Positions 27,512-36,137 of a DNA stretch of 64,000 nucleotides are shown piece after piece. A program made the translations under genes and the position numbers. The notes under the pieces were generated by a model. The model made no database searches and had not been told where the DNA came from. It saw only the letters and a program-made list of their open reading frames with translations. Numbering within the stretch: the stretch's first letter is position 1; the number at the start of each line of letters is the position of its first letter. Source of the stretch: Candidatus Poribacteria bacterium (lineage in GTDB: Bacteria > Poribacteria > WGA-4E > WGA-3G); the NCBI GenBank assembly GCA_965214045.1, contig OZ243935.1, positions 2,794,904 through 2,858,903 of the forward strand, in the 5' to 3' direction.

Positions 27512-28249
27512 TTAATTTTCTTCAGCTATAACATAAGGACGGTTGCCGATGGATGGCGGCTTCAACATCCGTTTCTGTTGCTCCGTTAACCCGTCGTATT
27601 TACTGATGTCGTAGTAGTTACCCGCCCACGCGGAGTGTCCAGGACTATATTTATAGAGCAATGACCGGCGTTGATGTTTTGCTGTCCACGGCATCGTCCC
27701 GTGAACGAGTGCTTCCGTGAAGAAGAGCACGTCTCCTGCTTCCAGTGCCGGTTGGACGACGTAGTGCGTTGAACGTTCAAATCGACGGACTTCCGATGGG
27801 ATTTCCCGGAGAAAGTTGCTCTTATGACTTCCCGGAATACAAGCGAAACCGCCCGCGCCTTCCGGTGCATCTGCCAAATTATAGGTCATCACGCATAACC
27901 CATTCCGCATAACCCCGTCTCGGTATTTGTACCAGTGATCGCCTTCGGGACCACCCGGTCTACCGCCATCTTCACCGCCATGTAATCCACCGCGTCCTTG
28001 TCCCGCTTCCAAGAAGATGGCGTAGTCGTGGTCGAGACGAACGTGCGGACCCAATAAGTCTATGAGATACGGCAGGATCTTCGGATGATCGATCAATCTC
28101 CTAAACGGATCACCCCAGAGACTTGGCGGTCCTTGACGTTCTGTATTATCGATAATCTCGTTCATTTCAGCGACTTCATCATCGGTCAAGACGTTCTTTA
28201 TGATAAGGTAGCCTTCAAGGTCTACTGTAAATTTTTCTTCACCAGTCAT
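27512..28249 (-). CDS. Phytanoyl-CoA dioxygenase family protein (tandem paralog 1)
   Basis: 245 aa. PhyH pattern (HVRLDHDY...IPGSHK...HGTMPW). ~80% identical to 28445..29179. Confidence 0.65.
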   Translation of the reverse strand: MTGEEKFTVDLEGYLIIKNVLTDDEVAEMNEIIDNTERQGPPSLWGDPFRRLIDHPKILPYLIDLLGPHVRLDHDYAIFLEAGQGRGGLHGGEDGGRPGGPEGDHWYKYRDGVMRNGLCVMTYNLADAPEGAGGFACIPGSHKSNFLREIPSEVRRFERSTHYVVQPALEAGDVLFFTEALVHGTMPWTAKHQRRSLLYKYSPGHSAWAGNYYDISKYDGLTEQQKRMLKPPSIGNRPYVIAEEN

Positions 28250-28302
28250 TTGTAGAAACTCCTTCGTCAGTAATCAGCAGTATTTACAATAATGGTAGGT
28301 GC

Positions 28303-28345
28303 GGTTTGATGAAGTTTAAATAAATAGTTCGGTAATTCTATGTTT
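28303..28345. repeat. Dispersed ~43-bp element GGTTTGATGARTTTTAAATAAATAKTTCGGTAATTCYAT (copy 1)
   Basis: Near-identical copy at 31183-31225. Confidence 0.6.
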
Positions 28346-28444
28346 CCCCCAGGCCCGGTAGGGTCTTTCACGCAACCGCACCGGTCATCATTAGGAAATT
28401 ACCGAATTAAATTCTGAATCTTCATGTAACCGCACCGGATTTCT

Positions 28445-29179
28445 TCAATCTTCTTCTATCACGCGAGGACGGCGTCCGATGGATGGTGGCAACAACATCC
28501 GTTTCTGCTGCTCCGTCAACCCATTGTATTTGCTGATGTCGTAATAGTTCTCCGCCCATGAAGAGTGTCCGGGACTGTATTTATAGAGCACAGACCGACG
28601 TTCATGATCGGCTGTCCACGGCATCGTTCCGTGGATAAGTGCTTCTGTGAAAAAGATTACATCTCCCGCTTCAGCAGGCGGTTGGAGGACGTAGTGTGCC
28701 GGACGCTCGAATCGGCGGACTTCTGTAGGGATTTCCGGTCCAAAGTTGGTTTTATGGCTTCCGGGAATACAGGCGAACCCACCTGCACCTGCTGGCGCAT
28801 CTGCCAGATTATAGGTCATCACGGACAGTCCATTCCGCATAACCCCGTCTCGGTATTTGTACCAGTGATCGCCGACGTTTCCACCAGCGCGTCCACCGTC
28901 CTCACCACCGTGCAGTCCGCCGCGACCTTGCCCTTTCTCCATGAAGAGGGCATAGTCGTGGTCAAGTCGGACATACGGTCCGAGCAGTTCGATGAGATAG
29001 GGTAAGATTTTCGGGTGATCGATGAGCCGTTTGAACGGTTCACCCCAGAGACTCGGCGGTCCTTCGATATCTCCGTTGTCGATAATAGCGTTCATCTCAG
29101 CGATTTCATCGTCGGTCAGAACGTTCTTTATAACGAGATAGCCTTCGAGGTCTACCTGAAATTTTTCTTCACCAGTCAT
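28445..29179 (-). CDS. Phytanoyl-CoA dioxygenase family protein (tandem paralog 2)
   Basis: 244 aa. Collinear paralog of 27512..28249. Confidence 0.65.
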   Translation of the reverse strand: MTGEEKFQVDLEGYLVIKNVLTDDEIAEMNAIIDNGDIEGPPSLWGEPFKRLIDHPKILPYLIELLGPYVRLDHDYALFMEKGQGRGGLHGGEDGGRAGGNVGDHWYKYRDGVMRNGLSVMTYNLADAPAGAGGFACIPGSHKTNFGPEIPTEVRRFERPAHYVLQPPAEAGDVIFFTEALIHGTMPWTADHERRSVLYKYSPGHSSWAENYYDISKYNGLTEQQKRMLLPPSIGRRPRVIEED

Positions 29180-29655
29180 TATGTAGAAACTCCTTTGTCA
29201 ATAATCAGCAGAATAGCCATCAGATATCAGCAGTCAGTCTCCAGTGTTCGATTGTGATTGACGACAGTCCATTATAGCATTACCCAAATATTTCGTAAAC
29301 TTCATAAAACTGTAGAGTATGGGCATTTATAGTAAAACCTAAAAATATGTAGACAGTTTTCCAATAAACAAGCACCCACCACCGCTGGCGAGGGGGTTTT
29401 TGATAGGGCGTTTCCTCAATTTCCTCTTGTATCCTCGCCTCTTTGGAGTGTCTCATCGATTCTAAACTGTACTATAATTTTCCTGTAGGAGGGATCTCCG
29501 AATCCCGACTCCTGTTGTCCCCCTGATAAGGGGGATTGAGGGGGTTGGTTTCCCCTGTAGAAAGGGAGTTTTGCTTGGTTGTTTCTGTGGATTTCTACTG
29601 ACTCTTACGTGAACCGTGGAATGTGACGTTTTATGTTTTTTTAACGATTGCCCTT

Positions 29656-30888
29656 TCAACTCATTTTCCGATCTTTCGGTGCAGTCACTTCAAAATCGAA
29701 ACCGCCAAGCACATCGCCGTTCACCTCCACCTCGAAACGGTGCCAACCGAGACACGCCTTTCCGTCCGCGTGTTGCTTGAGCGATGGCAACGGAAACAAA
29801 GATTTTTCGTAAGCGACGCGTTGTCTCGGCTTCAACTTCCTCTGACTGAGACGATAACGTTTCCGCGTGATGTGTCCTGTCGGACGCTTGTAAGCGACTG
29901 CGTAGTACGTAAGAATCGTTTGCTCAACATCGGAGTCGCTCTGTAGACTGAACGAAAAATCGAAAACTTCATTGATTGGAAGGAGCTGACGTTCAGGTTT
30001 CAGTTCGGTGAGTGAGAGGTCTGCCTTACCTAACTTCGGGACGGCTCCCATACCGAGGAGTTTAAAAGCGCGTGCATCCCCAATCTTCACCTGATATTTC
30101 AGAGCCTGCCGGAGAATTTTCTTCATCTCTGACCGTCCGTCCTGATCCCAGCGTTCCAGTGTGGTATATCCTACTTCTGGATAGTCCTTGACGATGTCGC
30201 GTATATCAGTAGCGACCTGTTCCCGAACACGCGCATCTGAATCGTCTTTGAGTATTTCCAGAAGTGCCAAGATCGGTTGCGGATCTTGGATAAACGGACG
30301 CAGCCATTTTTGGTGTATGCCGCGTGTGCAGAGCGATGCCGCCACGAACAGACGAAGGTTTGCGTTGTCGTCCGTGACCCATTCACCGAAACGTTCAAAG
30401 CACCGATTCGGATCTTCGATGATAAACGCACGGATATCACCGCCACGGGTACACCGATGTTTTGAGAGTTCGCGGAAAGCGTCCAACGATGCATCGAAAT
30501 CCGCGGGTCCGTGAAGACTGACAAAGTGCGCAATCGGTCGCAGGCTCGTCTCGACTTCGGGAGTCGGGTGTCGCATCGGTTCCGGTGGAGCCTCGGTCTC
30601 GACAAACACCATCAAGATAGCGAGTGCATCGGAATAGTCCTCTGGTAGATACTGACGCAGGACGCGACCGATAGCTTTCGTCACGTTATAGATCGTCTGA
30701 CCTTCCATCTCCGTCTGGACATCCGAAACGAAGGCAGGCACATCGAACTCAGGATAGATCCGCTGAATCTTTTTACCGATGACCAAACCGTCCTGTGTAA
30801 GATCGAATAATATGCGTTGATCTCTCATGTTCAATAGATTTTTTTCTTTGGATGTCGGTGATTTCCGTGAATGTGAGAATGATAACAT
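29656..30888 (-). CDS. HEAT/ARM-repeat protein, possibly DNA-alkylation-repair-like (AlkD-like). Start uncertain; the internal Met at ~30828 is plausible.
   Basis: 410 aa. Helical repeat composition. Weak resemblance to DNA alkylation repair enzyme family proteins. No catalytic motif recognised. Confidence 0.3.
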   Translation of the reverse strand: MLSFSHSRKSPTSKEKNLLNMRDQRILFDLTQDGLVIGKKIQRIYPEFDVPAFVSDVQTEMEGQTIYNVTKAIGRVLRQYLPEDYSDALAILMVFVETEAPPEPMRHPTPEVETSLRPIAHFVSLHGPADFDASLDAFRELSKHRCTRGGDIRAFIIEDPNRCFERFGEWVTDDNANLRLFVAASLCTRGIHQKWLRPFIQDPQPILALLEILKDDSDARVREQVATDIRDIVKDYPEVGYTTLERWDQDGRSEMKKILRQALKYQVKIGDARAFKLLGMGAVPKLGKADLSLTELKPERQLLPINEVFDFSFSLQSDSDVEQTILTYYAVAYKRPTGHITRKRYRLSQRKLKPRQRVAYEKSLFPLPSLKQHADGKACLGWHRFEVEVNGDVLGGFDFEVTAPKDRKMS

Positions 30889-31182
30889 ATCCGACGAATG
30901 GGTGTCAATTATTAGTTAACGCCAGTTTGAAAATAAACCTGTAGGTGTTTTTGATAGGGTGTTTCCTACAGGTAGAGCGGTAAATACACACCAAAAGTCT
31001 TAGTATTGGGACGAATATGCCACTTTTCAAGACACTTTCTGCCTCAATACCGGTAGCGAAACCCGACAGTCCACTTTTATCAAACTCACGTTAGATAAAC
31101 AATTGGCAACTTAGGTTGTTATAGTAAAACTGAAAAACAAGGCGATCCTTTAGAGAGCAGCAACCTTCTGCTTCACTGGCGG

Positions 31183-31225
31183 GGTTTGATGAGTTTTAAT
31201 AAAATATTTCGGTAATTCCATTTGA
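31183..31225. repeat. Dispersed ~43-bp element GGGGTTTGATGAGTTTTAATAAAATATTTCGGTAATTCCAT (copy 2)
   Basis: Matches 28303-28345. Confidence 0.6.
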
Positions 31226-31308
31226 AAAAACGATTGTAGAGGGTTTTTGCTTGGGTGTTTCTTGGTTTTGTGCCTACCCGCACATTACTTCAGGTTTTCG
31301 TCAGCGAT

Positions 31309-31506
31309 TGTTGCTTATTCCCAAGCCCCAGCGGGGCAGCATGTCTGTAGCAACGCGTCCGACCGCACGTCTAAAGCCCCAGCGGGGCGACATGTCTGTA
31401 GCAGCGCGACCAGTCCTATTTTCCCAAGCCCCAGCGGGGCGGCATGTCTGTAGCAGCGCGATCAGTCCTATTTCCCAAGCCCCAGCGGGGCGACATGTCT
31501 GTAGCT
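31309..31506. repeat. Tandem array (3.5-4 units, period ~51-52 bp) of AAGCCCCAGCGGGGCGACATGTCTGTAGCAGCGCG with ~16-bp TCCTATTTCCC-type linkers
   Basis: Copies at 31323, 31374, 31426 and 31477. Linkers are nearly identical to each other, so this is not CRISPR-like. Same family as 5994-6086. Confidence 0.8.
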
Positions 31507-31806
31507 GTAAGGCTTCAGATGCGTTTATTTGTGAGTCTCCGTTGTGGAAAAAAATAATTTGGCGGAAAGTGTAACATTTTTCGTTGCAACGATTATTGGT
31601 TTTCTTTTTTCTGAAAACATAACATACTATAAGGGTAACATGTATAAAGGCAAAGAGTCAAGGGCACATTAGATTTTTGAATTGTCTAAATTCGGATTAC
31701 CATAGACTTTGGGGGGGATTTTTGCTGGAAGTTTTACATACAGGAAAAAGATGCTACGATTCTACAAACGGTGGCATCTTTTCTGTTGTGAGATTGGCTG
31801 CTGAGT

Positions 31807-32892
31807 TCAACTTAACGCTTGTTGTAGACTTGCTTCAACCCCTTCAGCTGGTAATAGGCGTATCATTTCATCTGCCATCGCTTTTCCACCTACTTCTCCT
31901 GTTCTTCCTTCGTATTCACCATCCTTGCGCCAATCTATTTCTGATGCAGCTTTTACTAAACGTCTGACGTTGTCCCAATTCATACCTATTTCCTCGTTGT
32001 AGCTCCGCGAGAAAATTTGTGCCCCGGTATACGACCAAGCTATCAGACCTGTGAGCTCAAGGAGTTTGTACTCAAAAGCGTTTCTGCGACTGCCCTTTAT
32101 TTCAGGATCATCGAGTTTTTCAATATCTGCCCATTCTTCATGAAGATGGTCAGCGATTATCGTCCAGAGCTCGGACATGTACTCGGTTTTCTGATCAACA
32201 TCTAAATCTTGAACTCCTCCGAGTCCAAATAGGCGCGTAACTTGCTTTGCCACACTATGGAGAGCAAATAGATGTGTACGCTGCATTGATGTCTTTGTAA
32301 TCCTTCCTTTAAAGGGACTGTCATCTCGTTCATTAAGTTCCCATCCGACTTGTGCTTCTGGTTTCCCTTCAAGGTAAGCTGTTAGAGGTTTGGGTACTCC
32401 TTTTTGGTTGTCGTTGACATTGATGAATTCTTTTGCTTCTTGTTCAGGAGTGAGATTTGGAAGCAGAATGAAGGAAACTTCGCGTACATCACTGTCAGAT
32501 TCATACAGCTCTACAAAGCCACCAAGACGATGTTGTCCATCAAGGATAGCGGCTTTTCCTCGAATGATAAGTTTTCCAGTATTTTGTCCTTCCCCATTTG
32601 GTTTGAATTGCCAGTTACCACGTCCGGAGAGCAGAACGGGTGGAACTATACTATCGGGGTATTCTGTGAGAAACTTCGCGACCTGTTTCATACGAGTTAG
32701 TGAACCAGGTCTCTGGTAACCCTCTTCCACGATTTCATTAAGACAAGTTTTACGACTGGATTCAATAACGGGGACAAATGTCACGTTCTTAACCTTATCA
32801 GATTTAATTGTTCCAAATAAGTACTTCTGATTGCCTTGAGTCTTCAGAATGACTCCTTTTATTTCCCCAATTGTATTCGTTTTATTAGTCAT
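31807..32892 (-). CDS. DGQHR-domain protein (DndB-like)
   Basis: 361 aa. Contains AILDGQHRLGG, the signature of the DndB/DGQHR family. Last gene of the minus-strand defense cluster. Confidence 0.7.
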   Translation of the reverse strand: MTNKTNTIGEIKGVILKTQGNQKYLFGTIKSDKVKNVTFVPVIESSRKTCLNEIVEEGYQRPGSLTRMKQVAKFLTEYPDSIVPPVLLSGRGNWQFKPNGEGQNTGKLIIRGKAAILDGQHRLGGFVELYESDSDVREVSFILLPNLTPEQEAKEFINVNDNQKGVPKPLTAYLEGKPEAQVGWELNERDDSPFKGRITKTSMQRTHLFALHSVAKQVTRLFGLGGVQDLDVDQKTEYMSELWTIIADHLHEEWADIEKLDDPEIKGSRRNAFEYKLLELTGLIAWSYTGAQIFSRSYNEEIGMNWDNVRRLVKAASEIDWRKDGEYEGRTGEVGGKAMADEMIRLLPAEGVEASLQQALS

Positions 32893-32936
32893 TGATTAAT
32901 TCTCCTCAATGCAAGTGCGGTGTCGGTTTAACGGAA

Positions 32937-33227
32937 TCATTCTAACGTTTCAACCTCGTAAGGTGCCATCTGTGTCGCATCCGTTTTGCGGACGCGAAAT
33001 TGGATGTCCTTAAAGAGTCCATCATTATTTTTTCTCAAGCTTTCAAGGGATTCCCCTAAGGAACGTGCTGATATGTAGAAGATATACTCAAGGTCATTGC
33101 TGATTTTTTTTACGTGAAGAATAGGGGCATACCCCTTAAATGTCAAAACAACATCCGGTTCAGAGATAATTTCCAATTCTATCCATCCGGTCCCGACTTT
33201 TAAAGGCGGTGGTAATTCTTGAGGCAT
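32937..33227 (-). CDS. Hypothetical small protein (96 aa) within the defense cluster
   Basis: ORF only. 8-bp gap to the upstream gene. No recognisable motif. Confidence 0.3.
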   Translation of the reverse strand: MPQELPPPLKVGTGWIELEIISEPDVVLTFKGYAPILHVKKISNDLEYIFYISARSLGESLESLRKNNDGLFKDIQFRVRKTDATQMAPYEVETLE

Positions 33228-33235
33228 AGTTTCTC

Positions 33236-33751
33236 CTATAGATCATGCAGTGCTTCGGCAAGCTGATTTTGAATCGCTTGTTCCTCTGTAACAGGTTCGG
33301 ATTGCAGTAGGTCGTCAAGGGCATCAGAAAGGTTCCATATCGGGCTTTCGGAGCCTTCGTTTAGCATTTTCACGATGTGGGGGACACCTGCAGCTGCCAG
33401 ACCGTTGGCGATGTCCATCATGCGACGCGGCTTAAGGACAACCTCTAAGTTTCCTTCAACGGCTATCGCAATTAACATGATCGCTTGCGCCTGCCAGCCA
33501 TCCGTGTCAAAAATATTACCGCTAATGATGCTAACAGTGTCCTTTTTCTTTTTTGTTAAATGCATCGGTTTAAGATTCTGACGCGCTGCCAGCGAGAGTC
33601 CGGCAAACCAGAGATCCACCTTTCGTGGAAACGGAGTCTTAGCGGCTTTCGCACCTGCTCCCGTTTGGCAGTAATGATCGTAGTCATCCCGCTGTATAGT
33701 AGGTGATATGATTTGCATATTGCGAAAAGGATTATCGTAGTGTTGTGCCAT
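33236..33751 (-). CDS. Hypothetical protein (171 aa) within the defense cluster
   Basis: ORF tightly packed between the DndD-like and the 96-aa gene (9-bp and 8-bp gaps). No recognisable motif. Confidence 0.35.
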   Translation of the reverse strand: MAQHYDNPFRNMQIISPTIQRDDYDHYCQTGAGAKAAKTPFPRKVDLWFAGLSLAARQNLKPMHLTKKKKDTVSIISGNIFDTDGWQAQAIMLIAIAVEGNLEVVLKPRRMMDIANGLAAAGVPHIVKMLNEGSESPIWNLSDALDDLLQSEPVTEEQAIQNQLAEALHDL

Positions 33752-33760
33752 AGTGATCTC

Positions 33761-35884
33761 CTAAGATTCCGGCTGGATTTCTACCTCAACATCCGTGCGT
33801 CGCTTGCAGCGTTCACATTCTCCGAGGTCCTGGCACTCACACCGGAGTGCCTGCGGTTCATTTATATGTGGATCGTTTACTAATATAGTGGGGTAGTGTG
33901 CCGAATTTGTAATGGTGATGATACGTCCTGCTTCATCTGCTATAATATCTTCACAGTCTTTAATTTCGGAACGCGTCAGAAAGAGGATCAGTTGTGCACT
34001 TTCTTGAACAGCTGTTTTGAGAACGGAACGTTTGACAAACCCGTCCATCATTCCGAGGGGTGTATCAATCACGTTTGGTGCTATAACTTCACTGACTTTG
34101 GTGAGGGCGAGAATAAACGCTACCGTCAATGCTCTCCGAGAGGCACCATTTAAATCTTCCCTGGGGTTCAAAGCGCGTTTATTGGGTCCATAGACGAGAA
34201 TATTAAAATCTGGACTGATTTCTGCTTTCTGGATGATTGCTCCCTGTTCAGCGTCCGCGCCGATCATTTCCAGAAAAAATGTGTTCATCAACCGACTCAC
34301 TTCTTGCAATTCTTCGTTTGTGATTCGTTCGTATGAATTTTCAAGGATTTGCTCTATATCGCGCGTGGCATCTAATCTGGCTAATATTCCTTCCCCTCTT
34401 CTCTGTTTACTTATAAGGTTATTATGTGTTGCTGTTAAGGATCTCTGACTTTTTTTCAGGCGGTCAAGTTCTATTTCGTGCTCTATATGGGTACCGTTCA
34501 AAGAATCGCGTTGAGCAATATAGTCTTGCTTAGTGGCGCGAAGTTCTTGAATGTCGGTATCCCCTATACTCTCAAGTTGGACTTCCAATACGCTGAGTTC
34601 TTTTTCCAATTCTACGCGTCGAGCTTCAAGTTCATCGCGAAGGATTGCGTTTCTCTTGTATTCAGCGATCCAGTGTTGCTCATGGCTAATCTCTATCGGT
34701 TTCAGCTCCAATGAACCGAAATAAAGACCGGTCAGACGTGTTTGAAGTTCATCTGTTTCCCGACTCTCGCTAATGAGTCGTTCGATATGCGCTCTGCGCC
34801 GCTGTCCGTCTTCCGAGTGTTGATCCAGGGACTCTCCACAAATGCAGGCAGGACCTGTGAGTCGTTCTTCAAGCACAGGAATCGTTGTTTTCGGCAGTTT
34901 ACCCTGGTTGCTGAGTTCATCCAATTTCTCAAAACTTTTTTCCAAAACCGGGGCGAGCAGATCTCGGAATAGCGGCGGCTTTCTGAAGAATTGTGACTGC
35001 TCAGAAACCAGTTTTTCCTCTTGATTTTTGATTCTTTTTAGTTCTGCTTCTGATTTTTGCAGTCCGCGATTAAGTTCTTCTTGGTCCCCCTTAAGCAACG
35101 CTGCTTCAATGTCTTTATCAATTTCCGTTAGACTGTGATTGACTGCATCAAATTGAAGTTTCGCATCATCTCTTTCCTTTTCAAGACGTTCAACCTTTTC
35201 ATCTATCTCCCCCAATTCTGTAGCGATTTCGACAAGTTCTGTATCGGTTCCGATATTCTTTGAATCTCTATTGAGTCCAGCCATTGTCTTTTTCAAGTGA
35301 TCGAGAGCAGTCTCAATCACATCAAGGCCTAACAATGATTGAATGGCTTCCTGAACCTGTTTACGCTTATCTGTTCGTGAGTCTGCTTCAATGAAACTCA
35401 GTGCCCTGTCTCCGTCGGTGAAAAATACTTCACGCAAATTAGAGGGGACCAGGAGTCTGGCGATCTGTGCATCTGGTGTAGGTATTGGGGTGCTCCCAGT
35501 TTCTGTCAGTTCAAACAATTCTATTTTCGGGTTTTGTCTGAGCCCCTCGGTTGTCTCCTCTACGGAACGAATGAGGCAGTAGCGACTTGTCTTATTTCTA
35601 TTTGCCTCTGATGCAGGTGTTTCAAAATCGACTTGCACAGATATCGGAATTGCTTGACCATCAGGGACATCCCAATCAATTGGAAATAGTCGGTGTCCTC
35701 TACCTTTATCCGGTAGGGCATCATCGCCGTAGAGAGCCCATTGTAGCGCGTTTAAAATGGTCGTTTTTCCGCTCTCATTGGAGGCGCGAATGACCGTGAG
35801 TTTTCTGTCGTCACTGGTCGAAAAATCTAATCTTAGGTCTCGTAGCAGTCGAAAGTTTTGAAATCTTGCCCTGATGAGTTTCAT
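33761..35884 (-). CDS. DndD-like SMC/ABC-type ATPase
   Basis: 707 aa. N-terminus MKLIRARFQNFRLLRDLRLDF...LTVIRASNESGKTTILNALQWALYGD matches the DndD/AAA_23 Walker A region. Long coiled-coil middle. C-terminal signature/D-loop region. Confidence 0.65.
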   Translation of the reverse strand: MKLIRARFQNFRLLRDLRLDFSTSDDRKLTVIRASNESGKTTILNALQWALYGDDALPDKGRGHRLFPIDWDVPDGQAIPISVQVDFETPASEANRNKTSRYCLIRSVEETTEGLRQNPKIELFELTETGSTPIPTPDAQIARLLVPSNLREVFFTDGDRALSFIEADSRTDKRKQVQEAIQSLLGLDVIETALDHLKKTMAGLNRDSKNIGTDTELVEIATELGEIDEKVERLEKERDDAKLQFDAVNHSLTEIDKDIEAALLKGDQEELNRGLQKSEAELKRIKNQEEKLVSEQSQFFRKPPLFRDLLAPVLEKSFEKLDELSNQGKLPKTTIPVLEERLTGPACICGESLDQHSEDGQRRRAHIERLISESRETDELQTRLTGLYFGSLELKPIEISHEQHWIAEYKRNAILRDELEARRVELEKELSVLEVQLESIGDTDIQELRATKQDYIAQRDSLNGTHIEHEIELDRLKKSQRSLTATHNNLISKQRRGEGILARLDATRDIEQILENSYERITNEELQEVSRLMNTFFLEMIGADAEQGAIIQKAEISPDFNILVYGPNKRALNPREDLNGASRRALTVAFILALTKVSEVIAPNVIDTPLGMMDGFVKRSVLKTAVQESAQLILFLTRSEIKDCEDIIADEAGRIITITNSAHYPTILVNDPHINEPQALRCECQDLGECERCKRRTDVEVEIQPES

Positions 35885-36126
35885 TGCGTAACCTCTGTCG
35901 TTGGGTTATCTGTATCACGTTTCCTCGCGAGAAAATCGCCAGCCTTATGGCATGCTTGGTTTACCTGTTTTTGAATGGTTGTTCTTTGTGCTTGATGTTC
36001 TCTCTCGGCACTGAGGATTTCAACGATTGCCTCAAGCACTTTTTTCCTGTAGCCGTCGCATCTTTCCTCAATAGATTCACATTCATTGAGAATCATCTTT
36101 ACCATTTTTTCCTTGTTATATGACAT
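35881..36126 (-). CDS. Hypothetical small protein (81 aa), translationally coupled (ATGA overlap) to the DndD-like ATPase
   Basis: ORF only. 4-bp overlap with the downstream gene start. Confidence 0.3.
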   Translation of the reverse strand: MSYNKEKMVKMILNECESIEERCDGYRKKVLEAIVEILSAEREHQAQRTTIQKQVNQACHKAGDFLARKRDTDNPTTEVTQ

Positions 36127-36137
36127 AATCTCCTCCG

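Noticed and set aside
31309-31506. Possible CRISPR array (regular ~35-bp repeats with short spacers)
   Set aside because: Spacers are only ~16 bp and nearly identical to one another. The unit period is ~51 bp with conserved linkers. No cas genes are present. It behaves as a tandem minisatellite/REP-like repeat.
31251-31574. Track ORFs 31247..31453 and 31251..31574 (+)
   Set aside because: They are entirely composed of the tandem repeat array. The repetitive 'protein' sequence is an artefact of the repeats.
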